This document shows positions 10,706 through 21,343 of a stretch of 64,000 nucleotides of DNA, in pieces. This stretch comes from Lachnospiraceae bacterium (GTDB taxonomy: Bacteria > Bacillota > Clostridia > Lachnospirales > Lachnospiraceae): assembly GCA_028692275.1 (NCBI GenBank), contig JAQUXR010000001.1, positions 67,700-131,699 on the forward strand, in the 5' to 3' direction. A model generated the notes under the pieces. It was given only the letters and a program-made list of their open reading frames with translations, was not told the DNA's origin and made no database searches. The translations under genes were made by a program, and so were the position numbers. The first letter of the stretch is position 1. Each line of letters opens with the position of its first letter.

Positions 10706-10888
10706 TTAGATTTCTTCTACTTTCACTAAGTGTTTTACCTGCTGTACCATACCTCTGGTACAAGCGTTGTCTGGAAGCTCAACAGTTTTGTTCAGTTTCT
10801 TCAAACCTAAAGCTTCAACAGTCTTTTTATGTTTAGGAATTGCACCAATTGTAGATTTAACTAAAGTAATCTTTAATTTATCTGCCAT
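10706..10888 (-). CDS. rpmD: 50S ribosomal protein L30
   Basis: 60 aa starting MADKLKITLVKSTIG. It lies between rpsE and rplO. Confidence 0.93.
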   Translation of the reverse strand: MADKLKITLVKSTIGAIPKHKKTVEALGLKKLNKTVELPDNACTRGMVQQVKHLVKVEEI

Positions 10889-10903
10889 TTTATACTCCTC
10901 CTC

Positions 10904-11413
10904 CTATGCCAAGATTTCTTCAACAGATTTGCCACGTTTCTTAGCAACTTCTTCTGGAGTCGTTAAGGCGCCCAATCCTTTGATTGTGGCAAGAACTACG
11001 TTCTGCTTGTTATTGGAACCTAAAGATTTTGTACGGATGTTTTTGTATCCAGCAAGTTCAAGTACGGCACGAGCTGGGCCTCCGGCGATAATACCGGTAC
11101 CTTCTGGTGCACGTTTCAGTAAAACGCTTGCGCTGCCGAATTTTGCCTGTAAATCATGAGGAATACTCTGATTTTCATCCAACGGAACTGTGATCAGTTT
11201 CTTTATTGCATCTTCTTTTCCTTTGCGGATAGCTTCAGGAATTTCTGTTGCTTTTCCTAAGCCAGTACCAACGTGTCCGTTGCCGTCACCTACTACAACT
11301 AAAGCGGCAAAACGGAAGTTACGTCCACCTTTAACAACCTTGGTGACACGTTTAATTGATACTACTTTTTCTGTTAATTCTAATTGACTAGCATCAATAA
11401 TTGTACGTTTCAT
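10904..11413 (-). CDS. rpsE: 30S ribosomal protein S5
   Basis: 169 aa containing [32 protein letters not shown]. Confidence 0.95.
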   Translation of the reverse strand: MKRTIIDASQLELTEKVVSIKRVTKVVKGGRNFRFAALVVVGDGNGHVGTGLGKATEIPEAIRKGKEDAIKKLITVPLDENQSIPHDLQAKFGSASVLLKRAPEGTGIIAGGPARAVLELAGYKNIRTKSLGSNNKQNVVLATIKGLGALTTPEEVAKKRGKSVEEILA

Positions 11414-11428
11414 CTGTTCTCCTCCCTG

Positions 11429-11797
11429 CTAGAATTTTAATCCAGCTTCTCTAGCTGCTTCAGCTAAAGCTTCTATTTTACCCTGATAAATAAATCCGCC
11501 TCTGTCGAATACGACTTCAGTAATACCTTTATCTAAAGCCTTTTTAGCAATTGCTGTACCAACAGCAGTTGCTGCTGCAACGTCATTTGTCTTTTCAAGA
11601 CCAGCTTTAATTTCTTTTTCAGCTGTGGAAGCAGCTACCAGTGTATTGCCGATTGTATCATCAATAATCTGAGCATAAATGTGATTGTTGCTTCTAAAAA
11701 CAGCTAAACGAGGACGCTGGGCAGTGCCAGAGAAACGGTTACGCAGTCTTATATGTTTTTTAACTCGAACTTCATTTCTTGAATTTTTCTTAACCAT
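11429..11797 (-). CDS. rplR: 50S ribosomal protein L18
   Basis: 122 aa containing [20 protein letters not shown]. Confidence 0.95.
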   Translation of the reverse strand: MVKKNSRNEVRVKKHIRLRNRFSGTAQRPRLAVFRSNNHIYAQIIDDTIGNTLVAASTAEKEIKAGLEKTNDVAAATAVGTAIAKKALDKGITEVVFDRGGFIYQGKIEALAEAAREAGLKF

Positions 11798-11816
11798 CTT
11801 ATTCTATCCTCCTTAA

Positions 11817-12359
11817 TTATTTTTTACCAGTCTTACCAACTTTACGTCTGATGACTTCATCAGCATATTTAATACCTTTACCCTTGTAAGGTTCAGGTCT
11901 TCTCTTATCTCTGATTTCAGCAGCGTACTGGCCAACTTTTTCTTTATCAATACCAGAAACAGTAATTTTGTTCTGACCTTCAAGTGTTGTTTCAACACCT
12001 TCTGGGTCAATCATCTCTACTGGATGTGAATATCCTAAAGATAAAACTAAGGTTTTGCCCTGTTTCTGAGCTCTATAACCAACACCGTTTACTTCAAGTA
12101 CTTTTGTGTAACCATCTGTAACACCAACAACCATGTTGTTAATGAGTGTACGTGTCAGACCATGTAAAGATTTCATTCTCTTTAACTCACTTGGTCTGGA
12201 AACAACGATGGAATCTCCATCTTTTTCAATTTTCATTTCAATAGGTAATACTCTTTCAAGTGTTCCCTTAGGTCCTTTTACAGTAACCTTGTTATTCTCT
12301 GCAATATCAACAGTGACACCTGCAGGAATAGTAATTGGTAATCTACCAATACGTGACAT
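11817..12359 (-). CDS. rplF: 50S ribosomal protein L6
   Basis: 180 aa starting [17 protein letters not shown]. Confidence 0.95.
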   Translation of the reverse strand: MSRIGRLPITIPAGVTVDIAENNKVTVKGPKGTLERVLPIEMKIEKDGDSIVVSRPSELKRMKSLHGLTRTLINNMVVGVTDGYTKVLEVNGVGYRAQKQGKTLVLSLGYSHPVEMIDPEGVETTLEGQNKITVSGIDKEKVGQYAAEIRDKRRPEPYKGKGIKYADEVIRRKVGKTGKK

Positions 12360-12469
12360 AAGATTGTCCTCCTAACTTAAATTCTCGGAAAGGGCCATTG
12401 CCCTTTCTGTTTTCAGTTGCACCCCATACGCGATGGGGATTTCTGCCTTTAACCGGACAGGCACGGGTT

Positions 12470-12871
12470 TTACCATACAAATGCTATAACTTCGCCACCT
12501 ACGTTTAACGCACGAGCTTCTTTATCTGTAATAACACCTTTGTTTGTTGAAATAATTGCTACGCCAAGTCCGCCAAGTACTCTAGGCAGTTCTTCTTTTG
12601 CTGCGTATACACGAAGACCAGGTTTAGAGATTCTCTTAATTCCGCTAATTGTCTTCTGGTTTTTATCTGCACCGTATTTCAGTGTAATCTTAATTGTTTT
12701 TACGATTCCATCTTCAACGGTTTCATATCCTTTGATATATCCTTCATCTAAAAGAATTTTAGCGATGGACTCCTTCATCTTTGATGCCGGAACATCGACA
12801 GTATCATGTTTAGCAGTATTTGCATTACGGATTCTTGTAAGCATATCTGCAATTGGATCGCTCATTGACAT
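12470..12871 (-). CDS. rpsH: 30S ribosomal protein S8
   Basis: 133 aa containing [13 protein letters not shown]. Confidence 0.95.
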   Translation of the reverse strand: MSMSDPIADMLTRIRNANTAKHDTVDVPASKMKESIAKILLDEGYIKGYETVEDGIVKTIKITLKYGADKNQKTISGIKRISKPGLRVYAAKEELPRVLGGLGVAIISTNKGVITDKEARALNVGGEVIAFVW

Positions 12872-12896
12872 GATAAGTTCCTCCTTTCACTTATTC

Positions 12897-13082
12897 CTAC
12901 CAGCTTGATTTTGTAACTCCTGGAATTTCACCTTTATATGCTAATTCACGGAAGCAAATTCTGCAAACGCCATATTTTCTCAAATAAGCATGTGGACGAC
13001 CGCAGATTCTGCAGCGATTGTATTCTCTGGTAGAGAATTTCTGTGGACGCTGCTGTTTAACTTTCATCGAAGTTTTAGCCAT
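12897..13082 (-). CDS. rpsN: 30S ribosomal protein S14, type Z (zinc-binding)
   Basis: 61 aa with [20 protein letters not shown] (CxxC..CxxC). Confidence 0.95.
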   Translation of the reverse strand: MAKTSMKVKQQRPQKFSTREYNRCRICGRPHAYLRKYGVCRICFRELAYKGEIPGVTKSSW

Positions 13083-13097
13083 GGATTTCCCTCCTAA

Positions 13098-13637
13098 CTA
13101 CTTTTTAAATGGCATGCCAAATAATCTTAACAATTCACGTGCTTCTTCATCTGTCTGAGCTGTTGTAACGAAGATAACGTCCATACCTCTTACCTTATCA
13201 ACTTTATCATACTCAATTTCTGGGAAGATTAATTGTTCTTTAATACCTAACGCGTAGTTACCTCTACCATCAAAAGCATCTGGATTAACACCTCTAAAGT
13301 CACGTACACGAGGCAGTGCCAGGTTAATGAGACGATCAGCAAATTCATACATCTTTTCGCCTCTCAGAGTTGTTTTGCATCCGATAGCCATGCCCTCTCT
13401 GATTTTGAAGTTAGCCACAGAATTTTTTGCTTTAGTCAAAACTACTTTCTGACCTGCAATTGTTTCCATATCTTTTACAGCTGATTCCAAAACTTTAGCA
13501 TTGTCTTTTGCTTCGCCAACGCCCATATTAATTACGATTTTGTTAAGTTTTGGTACCTGCATGATGTTTTTATATCCAAACTTTGAAATCATTGCTGGAA
13601 CGACTTCATTGTTATACATATCTTTTAATCTAGTCAC
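13098..13637 (-). CDS. rplE: 50S ribosomal protein L5
   Basis: L5 sequence ([14 protein letters not shown]..). The track start TTG 13646 abuts GGGAGG, so GTG 13637 with 9-nt spacing is preferred. Confidence 0.93.
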   Translation of the reverse strand: MTRLKDMYNNEVVPAMISKFGYKNIMQVPKLNKIVINMGVGEAKDNAKVLESAVKDMETIAGQKVVLTKAKNSVANFKIREGMAIGCKTTLRGEKMYEFADRLINLALPRVRDFRGVNPDAFDGRGNYALGIKEQLIFPEIEYDKVDKVRGMDVIFVTTAQTDEEARELLRLFGMPFKK

Positions 13638-13659
13638 CGATAACAACCTCCCTTCTCAA

Positions 13660-13968
13660 TTAGTCAATGATATCTCCGGTGGATTTTGCCACACGGACTT
13701 TTTTGCCATCTTTTTCAGTAAAACCAATACGTGTTGCTTTTCCTTTGAACACATACATAACGTTTGATGCGTCAATTGGCGCTTCCTGATTGATGATTCC
13801 GCCTGCCTGATTCTGTGCAGATGGTTTTGTATGTTTTGTGATCATGTTAACACCTTCTACAAGAACGGTGCCTTTCTTATGATCTACGGCAATAACCTTG
13901 CCTTCTTTGCCTTTATCTTTACCTGCGATAACCTTTACAAGATCATCTTTTTTAATTTTCATAGACAC
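13660..13968 (-). CDS. rplX: 50S ribosomal protein L24
   Basis: KOW protein [25 protein letters not shown] 13968 lies 8 nt after AGGAGG; ATG 13962 is the alternative. The track start 13977 lies inside the SD. Confidence 0.9.
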   Translation of the reverse strand: MSMKIKKDDLVKVIAGKDKGKEGKVIAVDHKKGTVLVEGVNMITKHTKPSAQNQAGGIINQEAPIDASNVMYVFKGKATRIGFTEKDGKKVRVAKSTGDIID

Positions 13969-13981
13969 AGCCGACACCTCC

Positions 13982-14350
13982 TTAAAGTACTTCTGGTGCT
14001 AAGGATACAATTTTCATAAACTGTTTTTCTCTCAGCTCTCTGGCTACAGGTCCAAAAATACGAGTTCCTTTTGGATTCATATCATCTTTAATGATAACTG
14101 CAGCGTTTTCGTCGAATCTGATATATGAACCATCTTTACGACGGGCACCTTTTACAGTACGAACAACAACGGCTTTTACTACATCACCTTTTTTAACAAC
14201 TCCGCCTGGTGTTGCATCTTTAACCGTAGCAACGATAATATCGCCAATGCTCGCATATCTTCTTGTTGAGCCGCCTAATACACGGATACAAAGTAATTCT
14301 TTAGCACCAGTATTGTCAGCAACACGAAGTCTAGTCTCCTGTTGAATCAT
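13982..14350 (-). CDS. rplN: 50S ribosomal protein L14
   Basis: 122 aa starting [27 protein letters not shown]. Confidence 0.95.
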   Translation of the reverse strand: MIQQETRLRVADNTGAKELLCIRVLGGSTRRYASIGDIIVATVKDATPGGVVKKGDVVKAVVVRTVKGARRKDGSYIRFDENAAVIIKDDMNPKGTRIFGPVARELREKQFMKIVSLAPEVL

Positions 14351-14377
14351 GACGTTACCTCCTTAATACTAAACCGA

Positions 14378-14632
14378 TTATTTAGCTTTCTCAATGATTT
14401 CTACGAGTCTCCATCTTTTGTCCTTGGACAATGGTCTTGTTTCCATCACTTTTACTCTATCACCAATATTACACTCATTATTTTCATCATGAGCTTTTAA
14501 TTTATAAGTTCTATTAACAATCTTCTTGTAAAGAGGATGTTTTACACGGTCTTCAATAGCAACAACGATTGTTTTGTCCATTTTGTTGCTTACTACTTTA
14601 CCAATTCTTACTTTTCTAAGATTTCTTTCCAC
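14378..14632 (-). CDS. rpsQ: 30S ribosomal protein S17
   Basis: 84 aa containing [17 protein letters not shown] and [12 protein letters not shown]. Confidence 0.95.
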   Translation of the reverse strand: MERNLRKVRIGKVVSNKMDKTIVVAIEDRVKHPLYKKIVNRTYKLKAHDENNECNIGDRVKVMETRPLSKDKRWRLVEIIEKAK

Positions 14633-14653
14633 AACAAATTCCTCCTTTCTAGA

Positions 14654-14863
14654 TTACTGTGCAGCGTTCGCCTTTTCAGAGATAACGGTCTGAATTCTGG
14701 CAATATTTTTACGAACGTCCTTGATTCTGCTTGTGTTATCTAACTGGTTTGTTGCGTTCTGGAATCTCAAATTGAAGAGTTCCTTTTTAGCAGCTACTAA
14801 TTCGTCATTTAATTCTGCAGCTGATTTCTTTTTTAAATCTTCTACATATACATTAATTTTCAC
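14654..14863 (-). CDS. rpmC: 50S ribosomal protein L29
   Basis: Contains [19 protein letters not shown]. Start is ambiguous between GTG 14863 and GTG 14872; both overlap the rplP 3' end. Confidence 0.88.
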   Translation of the reverse strand: MKINVYVEDLKKKSAAELNDELVAAKKELFNLRFQNATNQLDNTSRIKDVRKNIARIQTVISEKANAAQ

Positions 14864-15290
14864 TGTTATCACCGCCTTCTAAGTCTTCGCGAGAAACTAC
14901 TTTACATTTTACAGGAAGCTTATGAACAGCAAGACGAAGTGCCTCTCTGGCTACATCTTCTGGCACGCCGGCAATTTCAAACATTACACGGCCCGGTTTA
15001 ACAACAGCTACCCAGTATTCAAGAGATCCTTTACCGGAACCCATACGTGTTTCAGCAGGTTTTGTAGTTACTGGTTTGTCTGGGAAAATTTTGATCCAAA
15101 CTTTACCACCACGTTTGATATAACGTGTCATGGCGATACGGGCTGCCTCGATCTGGTTAGAACGAATCCAACCTGGCTCTAAGGCTACGATACCATATTC
15201 ACCGTAAGAAATTTTATTACCACGTGTTGCCTTTCCTTTCATAGAACCACGGAACTGCTTACGACGTTTAACTCTTTTTGGCATTAACAT
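14853..15290 (-). CDS. rplP: 50S ribosomal protein L16
   Basis: 145 aa starting [20 protein letters not shown] overlap with the rpsC stop. Confidence 0.95.
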   Translation of the reverse strand: MLMPKRVKRRKQFRGSMKGKATRGNKISYGEYGIVALEPGWIRSNQIEAARIAMTRYIKRGGKVWIKIFPDKPVTTKPAETRMGSGKGSLEYWVAVVKPGRVMFEIAGVPEDVAREALRLAVHKLPVKCKVVSREDLEGGDNSEN

Positions 15291-15946
15291 TATTTATCGC
15301 TCCCTTCCTTTGTTCCCTTAACTGGAAGTACTTCACCATGGTAAATCCATGTTTTCACACCAACTTTACCATATGTTGTATTTGCTTCTGCAAAACCGTA
15401 ATCAATGTCAGCTCTAAGTGTCTGCAGCGGAATAGTTCCTTCGCTGTAGAATTCCGTACGGGCCATATCAGCACCGCCAAGACGTCCGGATACGGAAGTT
15501 TTGATACCCTTGCATCCAGCTCTCATTGTTCTCTGCATTGAAGATTTCATAGCTCTACGGAAAGAAATACGGTTTTCAAGCTGAGTTGCAATGTTTTCAG
15601 CAACGAGCTGAGCATCTCTCTCAGGTCTTTTTACTTCTTTGATGTCGAGTAATAATCTTTTATCTGTAAATGACTGAAGTTCTCTTTTAACTTTTTCGAT
15701 TTCAGAACCACCCTTACCAATAACTACGCCAGGTTTAGCTGTGTAGATGATAATTTTAAGACGGTCAGATGCTCTTTCGATTTCAATCTTGGATACACCT
15801 GCATTATATAATCTCTTTTTAAGGTATTTTCTGATTTCGTAATCTTCAACCAGATTATCTGCAAAATCTGCTTCTGCATACCATCTGGAATCCCAATCCT
15901 TAATAATTCCGACTCTGAGGCCGTGAGGATTAACTTTCTGTCCCAT
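15290..15946 (-). CDS. rpsC: 30S ribosomal protein S3
   Basis: Trimmed to ATG 15946 ([13 protein letters not shown]..), with AGGAGG upstream. The track extension overlaps the rplV-rpsC gap. Confidence 0.95.
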   Translation of the reverse strand: MGQKVNPHGLRVGIIKDWDSRWYAEADFADNLVEDYEIRKYLKKRLYNAGVSKIEIERASDRLKIIIYTAKPGVVIGKGGSEIEKVKRELQSFTDKRLLLDIKEVKRPERDAQLVAENIATQLENRISFRRAMKSSMQRTMRAGCKGIKTSVSGRLGGADMARTEFYSEGTIPLQTLRADIDYGFAEANTTYGKVGVKTWIYHGEVLPVKGTKEGSDK

Positions 15947-15956
15947 GATTTTCCTC

Positions 15957-16343
15957 CTATCTCTCATTAAGCACAACAGTAATATGGCTCATTCTCTTTT
16001 CGATTCTATAAGCTCTACCCTGTGCTCTCGGTTTAATTCTCTTCATTGTAGGTCCTTTATCTGCATAGCACTCTTCAATGAATAAGTTGTCTGGGTTCAT
16101 TCCATTATTGTTTTCTGCATTTGCGATTGCAGATTTTAATACTTTTTCTATAACTGTAGAAGCGTATCTTGGATTATATGTCAAGATAGCTAATGCTGAT
16201 TTTACATCCTTGCCTCTGATTGCATCGAGAACGAAGCACGCCTTTTGAACGGAGACTCTGGCGTAGGATACCTTTGCGCTAGGTCTAGTATCTTTGTTCG
16301 CATTTCTTTCTCTTTTTATCTGGGATCTATGTCCTTTAGCCAT
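15957..16343 (-). CDS. rplV: 50S ribosomal protein L22
   Basis: 128 aa, in the rpsS-rplV-rpsC position. Contains [23 protein letters not shown]. Confidence 0.95.
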   Translation of the reverse strand: MAKGHRSQIKRERNANKDTRPSAKVSYARVSVQKACFVLDAIRGKDVKSALAILTYNPRYASTVIEKVLKSAIANAENNNGMNPDNLFIEECYADKGPTMKRIKPRAQGRAYRIEKRMSHITVVLNER

Positions 16344-16363
16344 GGATAAAACCTCCTTTCAAA

Positions 16364-16642
16364 CTAACGTCTTGCTTTCTTTTCGTCTTTGCCGTGTCCT
16401 CTGTAGGTACGTGTTGCAACAAATTCACCTAATTTGTGGCCAACCATATCCTCTGTAACATATACTGGAACATGTTTTCTTCCATCATGTACAGCAATTG
16501 TATATCCAACCATCTGCGGAAAAATTGTAGAACGGCGGGACCAAGTCTTGATAACAGACTTATCACCGGCTGCGTTCGCTGCATCTACTTTTTTAAGTAA
16601 ACTAGCATCTGCAAATGGGCCTTTTTTTAATGATCTAGACAT
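16364..16642 (-). CDS. rpsS: 30S ribosomal protein S19
   Basis: 92 aa starting [12 protein letters not shown] and containing [23 protein letters not shown]. Confidence 0.95.
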   Translation of the reverse strand: MSRSLKKGPFADASLLKKVDAANAAGDKSVIKTWSRRSTIFPQMVGYTIAVHDGRKHVPVYVTEDMVGHKLGEFVATRTYRGHGKDEKKARR

Positions 16643-16667
16643 GCGTCTTACCTCCTTAGATTATTTC

Positions 16668-17513
16668 TTATTTAATCATGCTTCCGTCGCGTCTACGTAC
16701 AATCATCTTATTAGATTTCTTGTGTTTCTTACGCGTCTTCAAACCAAGTGCTGGTTTGCCCCATGGAGTCATTGGGCCAGAACGTCCGATTGGTGCACGT
16801 CCTTCACCACCACCATGTGGATGGTCGTTAGGGTTCATAACAGAACCACGAACTGTTGGGCGGATACCCATGTGACGTTTACGACCAGCTTTACCGATGT
16901 TAATCAGTTCATGATCTGTGTTACCAACCTGACCGATTGTTGCACGGCCGTTAAGAGGTACCATTCTCATTTCACCGGAAGGTAATCTAAGGGTTGCAAA
17001 TTTTCCTTCTTTAGCCATCAACTGTGCAGAGTTACCTGCTGAACGAACTAACTGTCCGCCTTTGCCTGGGTATAACTCAATGTTGTGTACCTGAGTACCA
17101 ACTGGAATCTGAGCAAGTGGTAAGCAGTTACCAACTTGAATTTCTGCATCTGGACCATTCATAATGGTTGCTCCAACCTTAAGTCCGTTTGGTGCTAAAA
17201 TATAAGTATATTCTCCATCTGCGTAGCAGATCAAAGCAATATTTGCTGTTCTGTTTGGATCGTATTCGATAGCTTTTACTGTTGCCGGAATACCATCTTT
17301 TTTATTTCTCTTGAAATCGATGATTCTGTATTTCTGTTTTGCACCACCACCGTGATGTCTTACTGTGATTTTTCCCTGATTATTACGTCCAGCGATTCTG
17401 TTCTTTTTAGCAACTAAGGATTTCATCGGTGTTGACTTTGTAATCTCCGCGAAATCAGAGCTGGTCATATGTCTTCTGGAAGGTGTATATGGGTTAAATG
17501 TTTTAATACCCAT
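16668..17513 (-). CDS. rplB: 50S ribosomal protein L2
   Basis: Trimmed to ATG 17513 ([12 protein letters not shown]..), with AAGGAG 8 nt upstream. Contains GRNNQGKIT and HPHGGGEG motifs. Confidence 0.95.
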   Translation of the reverse strand: MGIKTFNPYTPSRRHMTSSDFAEITKSTPMKSLVAKKNRIAGRNNQGKITVRHHGGGAKQKYRIIDFKRNKKDGIPATVKAIEYDPNRTANIALICYADGEYTYILAPNGLKVGATIMNGPDAEIQVGNCLPLAQIPVGTQVHNIELYPGKGGQLVRSAGNSAQLMAKEGKFATLRLPSGEMRMVPLNGRATIGQVGNTDHELINIGKAGRKRHMGIRPTVRGSVMNPNDHPHGGGEGRAPIGRSGPMTPWGKPALGLKTRKKHKKSNKMIVRRRDGSMIK

Positions 17514-17589
17514 TTTATTCACTCCTTTCAAGTGCCTGATTTATTGTCACGCTTATTTGCGTATAGGTTTATATAAGTTGCAGCAATTC

Positions 17590-17889
17590 TTACAGACCTG
17601 CGAAGATTTCGATATCTTTGCTTTCAGCTGTTAATTTAACGATTGCTTTTTTTGTCTGAGCTGTTTTACCAGTTGTTGTTCCACGTCTTTTGTTCTTGCC
17701 TTCGCAATTCATTGTGTTGACGCTTGCAACTTTTGTTCCTTCGAACATTTTTTCAACAGCTTCTTTAACCTGGCTCTTTGTAGCCTGTGGATGCACTAAG
17801 AAAGTGTATTTCTTCTCAGCCATCTGGTTCATACTTTTTTCTGTAATCACTGGTTTGAGGATTACATCATAATATTTAATATCAGCCAT
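17590..17889 (-). CDS. rplW: 50S ribosomal protein L23
   Basis: 99 aa containing [12 protein letters not shown]. Confidence 0.95.
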   Translation of the reverse strand: MADIKYYDVILKPVITEKSMNQMAEKKYTFLVHPQATKSQVKEAVEKMFEGTKVASVNTMNCEGKNKRRGTTTGKTAQTKKAIVKLTAESKDIEIFAGL

Positions 17890-18506
17890 TATGCGTACAC
17901 CTCCTGGATAGTTGCAACTGCATCCTGAGTAAGCACTAATGTGTCATATTTCAGAATATCGTATACGTTGATTGTATTTGTTGAAGCTGTTTTTACTTCT
18001 GGGATATTTCTTGCGGATAAGATAACGTTTTTGTTATCATCTACAACTACCAGTGCTTTAGAAACTTTTAAAGCATCCATAACAGCTTTGAAGTTCTTTG
18101 TTTTGATTTCATCCATGTTAAAAGCATCTAAAACGATGATTTTGTTATCAGCAACTCTGGATGATAAAGCAGATTTCAGAGCAATTCTTCTTTCTTTCTT
18201 GTTCAGTTTGAAAGAATAATCTCTTGGCTTTGGAGCGAATACAACGCCGCCGCCTGTCCACTGTGGAGCTCTTGTTGAACCCTGTCTTGCATGACCGGTT
18301 CCTTTCTGTCTCCATGGTTTCTTTCCTCCGCCGCGAACTTCGGAACGAGTTTTTGCGCTCTGTGTTCCCTGACGTTTTGCAGCAAGATGATTAACAACTG
18401 CCATGTGTAAAAGATGTTCGTTAACTTCAACACCAAACACTGCATCGTTTAATTCGATCTCGCCCACCTGATTGCCTTCAATATTGTAAACAGATACGTT
18501 TGCCAT
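17889..18506 (-). CDS. rplD: 50S ribosomal protein L4
   Basis: Trimmed to ATG 18506 ([11 protein letters not shown]..), with AGGAGG 8 nt upstream. Contains [20 protein letters not shown]. Confidence 0.95.
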   Translation of the reverse strand: MANVSVYNIEGNQVGEIELNDAVFGVEVNEHLLHMAVVNHLAAKRQGTQSAKTRSEVRGGGKKPWRQKGTGHARQGSTRAPQWTGGGVVFAPKPRDYSFKLNKKERRIALKSALSSRVADNKIIVLDAFNMDEIKTKNFKAVMDALKVSKALVVVDDNKNVILSARNIPEVKTASTNTINVYDILKYDTLVLTQDAVATIQEVYA

Positions 18507-18533
18507 CTGTGTGTCCTCCTTCCTCAAAGCTCA

Positions 18534-19163
18534 TTAGGCTTTGGTTGATTCCTTAATCATTACTAAAGATTTCTTAGGTCCTGGTACAGCACCTTTAACT
18601 AAGATTAAGTTCTGTTCAGCATCAACTCTTACAACTTCAAGATTCTGGACAGTAATTCTTACAGCACCCATATGTCCTGGCATTTTCTTTCCTTTGAAAA
18701 CGCGGCCTGGTGTTGTTGCAGAACCATTGGAACCTGCATGTCTGTGGAACTTAGAACCATGAGTCATAGGTCCTCTGGACTGTCCGTGTCTCTTAATCGC
18801 GCCCTGGAAGCCTTTACCTTTGGATCTTGCAGTAGCATCTACCTTATCTCCGTTAGCAAAAACATCAGCTTTGATTTCCTGACCTACAGTATAGTTTTCA
18901 GCATCTTCTAATCTGAATTCTCTAACAAATCTCTTTGCAGCAACACCTGCTTTTGCAAAATGTCCCTTCATAGGTTTGTTAACTAATTTTTCTCTGATAT
19001 CTCCAAAGCCAACCTGAATTGCGGAATATCCGTCATTGTCAACAGTTTTAACCTGTGTAACAACGCATGGGCCTGCCTGAAGAACAGTAACTGGAGTTAA
19101 AACTCCATCTTCGTTGAAAATCTGAGTCATTCCAACTTTTGTTGTTAAAATTGCTTTCTTCAT
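18534..19163 (-). CDS. rplC: 50S ribosomal protein L3
   Basis: Trimmed to ATG 19163 ([16 protein letters not shown]..), with AGGAGG upstream. Confidence 0.95.
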   Translation of the reverse strand: MKKAILTTKVGMTQIFNEDGVLTPVTVLQAGPCVVTQVKTVDNDGYSAIQVGFGDIREKLVNKPMKGHFAKAGVAAKRFVREFRLEDAENYTVGQEIKADVFANGDKVDATARSKGKGFQGAIKRHGQSRGPMTHGSKFHRHAGSNGSATTPGRVFKGKKMPGHMGAVRITVQNLEVVRVDAEQNLILVKGAVPGPKKSLVMIKESTKA

Positions 19164-19270
19164 ATTTACCTCCTGTTTCATCTACAGCGGATTACACTGC
19201 ATGTGCAATCATCCTAGATAGGCTGATAAGGAATTCCTTCTCAACACTAAGGATAATTTTCTTAAATAAA

Positions 19271-19588
19271 TTATTTTGTTTTCATTTTGATATCGATGTA
19301 AACACCTGCTGGCATTTCCAATCTGGATAATGCATCTACAGTTTTCTGTGTAGGTGTGATGATATCAATGAGTCTCTTATGAGTTCTCTGTTCAAACTGT
19401 TCTCTGGAATCTTTGTATTTGTGTACAGCTCTAAGAATAGTTACTACTTCTTTCTTAGTTGGCAGTGGCACAGGGCCGCTCACCTTTGATCCAGTTTTCT
19501 TTACAGTTTCAATAATCTTACCAGCACTCTGGTCGATTAATTTGTGGTCATACGCTTTTAACGTAATTCTCATTACTTGACTTGCCAT
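19271..19588 (-). CDS. rpsJ: 30S ribosomal protein S10
   Basis: Trimmed to ATG 19588 ([21 protein letters not shown]..). The 37-codon track extension covers the untranslated leader. Confidence 0.95.
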   Translation of the reverse strand: MASQVMRITLKAYDHKLIDQSAGKIIETVKKTGSKVSGPVPLPTKKEVVTILRAVHKYKDSREQFEQRTHKRLIDIITPTQKTVDALSRLEMPAGVYIDIKMKTK

Positions 19589-19815
19589 AAAAAAAGTCGC
19601 CTCCTTTTCGCACTTTACATTCAGTACGACAAGCGGTGACTGTACATCTACCCGTGTGTGTCCTGTTCTTTCTTCACACACGTCATCTCTGTTTTTCACA
19701 GATAGTTTTCTTTGTACAGTGACTTGTCGCCAGTTTCTCTAACTTGACATTCGCTCCACGGAACACCTGCATGGCCTGCAGCAACCTCACGCTTCAACGC
19801 TATCAATGTCACAAC
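19589..19815 (-). promoter_or_regulatory. structured 5' leader of the S10 operon (about 225 nt)
   Basis: Lies between the promoter (19823-19851) and the rpsJ ATG. A long-range helix pairs 19627-19646 with 19713-19729 and encloses hairpin GTGTGTG..CACACAC (19654-19681). A second hairpin, CTGCA-tggcc-TGCAG, is at 19767-19781. Confidence 0.45.
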
Positions 19816-19822
19816 ATTTGAT

Positions 19823-19851
19823 ATTATACATGATTTATAAACGGGATGCAA
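19823..19851 (-). promoter_or_regulatory. sigma-A type promoter of the S10 operon
   Basis: Minus strand TTGCAT, 17 nt, TATAAT. A-tract-rich (UP-like) sequence lies immediately upstream (19852-19890). Confidence 0.7.
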
Positions 19852-19993
19852 GCTTTTTTTAAACTTTTTTTCGCATTTTTTTGCCGTTCCCTTTACTTAT
19901 ATCATATCTGATGATAAACTTCAAGAGAGCGGGATAGACAAACCCGAATCTCTAATGTATTATATATAGAAGAAAATCATACGAGGTGTCACT

Positions 19994-20854
19994 ATGTTTA
20001 TTGCTAATAATTGGAAAGATTATGAAGTTATCGATACATCCGACGGCGAAAAATTAGAACGTTGGGGAAAATATCTCCTTGTCCGTCCGGACCCCCAAGT
20101 CATCTGGAATACTCCAAAGAATCACACTGGCTGGAAAAAGATGAATGGTCACTATCACCGCAGCAGCAAAGGCGGCGGTCAATGGGAATTTTTTGATTTA
20201 CCGGAACAGTGGACCATTCATTATGGCAGTCTTACCTTTAATTTAAAACCTTTCAGTTTCAAACATACCGGTCTGTTCCCGGAACAGGCATCCAACTGGG
20301 ACTGGTTTTCCAAGCTTATCAAAGAAGCAGGCCGACCGATTAAGGTATTGAACCTGTTTGCCTACACCGGAGGTGCTACTTGTGCCGCTGCTGCTGCCGG
20401 AGCTTCCGTCACCCATGTGGATGCTTCTAAGGGCATGGTAAACTGGGCTAAGGAGAATGCTCGTTCCAGCGGTCTTTCAGATGCACCGATTCGCTGGATT
20501 GTAGATGACTGTGCTAAATTTGTTGAACGTGAAATCCGCCGTGGCAACACTTACGATGCCATTATCATGGACCCGCCTTCCTACGGAAGAGGCCCTAAGG
20601 GTGAAATTTGGAAAATTGAAGCGAATATCCACCCATTTATCCAGCTCTGTACAAAAGTCCTCAGTAAGAATCCGCTTTTCTATCTGGTAAACTCTTACAC
20701 AACCGGATTGCAGCCGGCAGTCCTCACCTACATGCTCTCCACTGAATTGATTCCTACATTCGGCGGACATGTTATTTCCGATGAAGTCGGACTTCCTGTA
20801 TCCGGCAATGGTCTGGTACTTCCATGCGGTGCCTCCGGACGATGGTCTAAATAA
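19994..20854 (+). CDS. class I SAM-dependent methyltransferase (RlmI/RlmK-like catalytic domain, no PUA domain)
   Basis: 286 aa with SAM motif I LNLFAYTGGATCAAAAAGA, HVDASK and the IIMDPPSYGRG motif typical of RlmI-type rRNA methyltransferases. Divergent from rpsJ. Confidence 0.75.
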   Translation: MFIANNWKDYEVIDTSDGEKLERWGKYLLVRPDPQVIWNTPKNHTGWKKMNGHYHRSSKGGGQWEFFDLPEQWTIHYGSLTFNLKPFSFKHTGLFPEQASNWDWFSKLIKEAGRPIKVLNLFAYTGGATCAAAAAGASVTHVDASKGMVNWAKENARSSGLSDAPIRWIVDDCAKFVEREIRRGNTYDAIIMDPPSYGRGPKGEIWKIEANIHPFIQLCTKVLSKNPLFYLVNSYTTGLQPAVLTYMLSTELIPTFGGHVISDEVGLPVSGNGLVLPCGASGRWSK

Positions 20855-20871
20855 TAAACTATTATATATAG

Positions 20872-20922
20872 AAAGAAGTCTCTGCAGAAATAATTTGCTA
20901 TTTCTGTAAAGACTTCTTTTTT
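20872..20922. terminator. bidirectional hairpin terminator between convergent genes
   Basis: aaaGAAGTCTCTGCAGAAATA-atttgc-TATTTCTGTAAAGACTTCtttttt lies between the methyltransferase stop (20854) and the thrE-family stop (20921). Confidence 0.7.
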
Positions 20923-21343
20923 ATGCCCTTTTCCGAAAGGGTTCGCATACGATATTTACCGCTACAATACCAACGGAAATAGCGAAAGCCGTAATCACCG
21001 TCTCCAGCCCCTTTTCCGCAAAAGCTATATTGTCTTTAGCCAGTGCGGCGCTCAAAGTATAATATAAGCTTCCTCCCGGTATTAAGGGAACCATAGCCGG
21101 TACCCTGAAAATCACAGGTGCTGTTTTAAATATTGCTGCCATCAGTTCTCCATATAAGGAGGCACCGATAGCCGCCACCAGATTGCAGGCAAAATAACTG
21201 TTCATGTTATTGGCACATATCAGATAAAGACACCAGGTTACTGCTCCACCTATTGCTGCAAGCCACAGCCATTCTTTCTTTGTATGGAGGAGTATGGAAA
21301 ACCCCAGCGAACCTATAAATGCCATCAAAACCTGAACCATCAT
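20921..21343 (-). CDS. threonine/serine exporter family protein, small subunit (ThrE_2/DUF3815-like)
   Basis: Hydrophobic 140-aa product after trimming to ATG 21343 (TGATG overlap with the upstream gene). Paired with the DUF1212-like partner. Confidence 0.75.
   Translation of the reverse strand: MMVQVLMAFIGSLGFSILLHTKKEWLWLAAIGGAVTWCLYLICANNMNSYFACNLVAAIGASLYGELMAAIFKTAPVIFRVPAMVPLIPGGSLYYTLSAALAKDNIAFAEKGLETVITAFAISVGIVAVNIVCEPFRKRA

Noticed and set aside
16434-16985. 183-aa plus-strand ORF spanning rpsS and rplB.
   Set aside because: It is antisense to two ribosomal protein genes and crosses their intergenic gap, which makes it a shadow ORF.
19589-19699. N-terminal extensions in the ORF track for rpsJ, rpsG, rpsL, nusG, rpsC, rplB, rplC, rplD, rpoC, the esterase, the thrE small subunit and others.
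   Set aside because: The conserved protein N-termini begin at internal start codons with well-spaced SD sequences. The extensions run over leaders, terminators or upstream genes.
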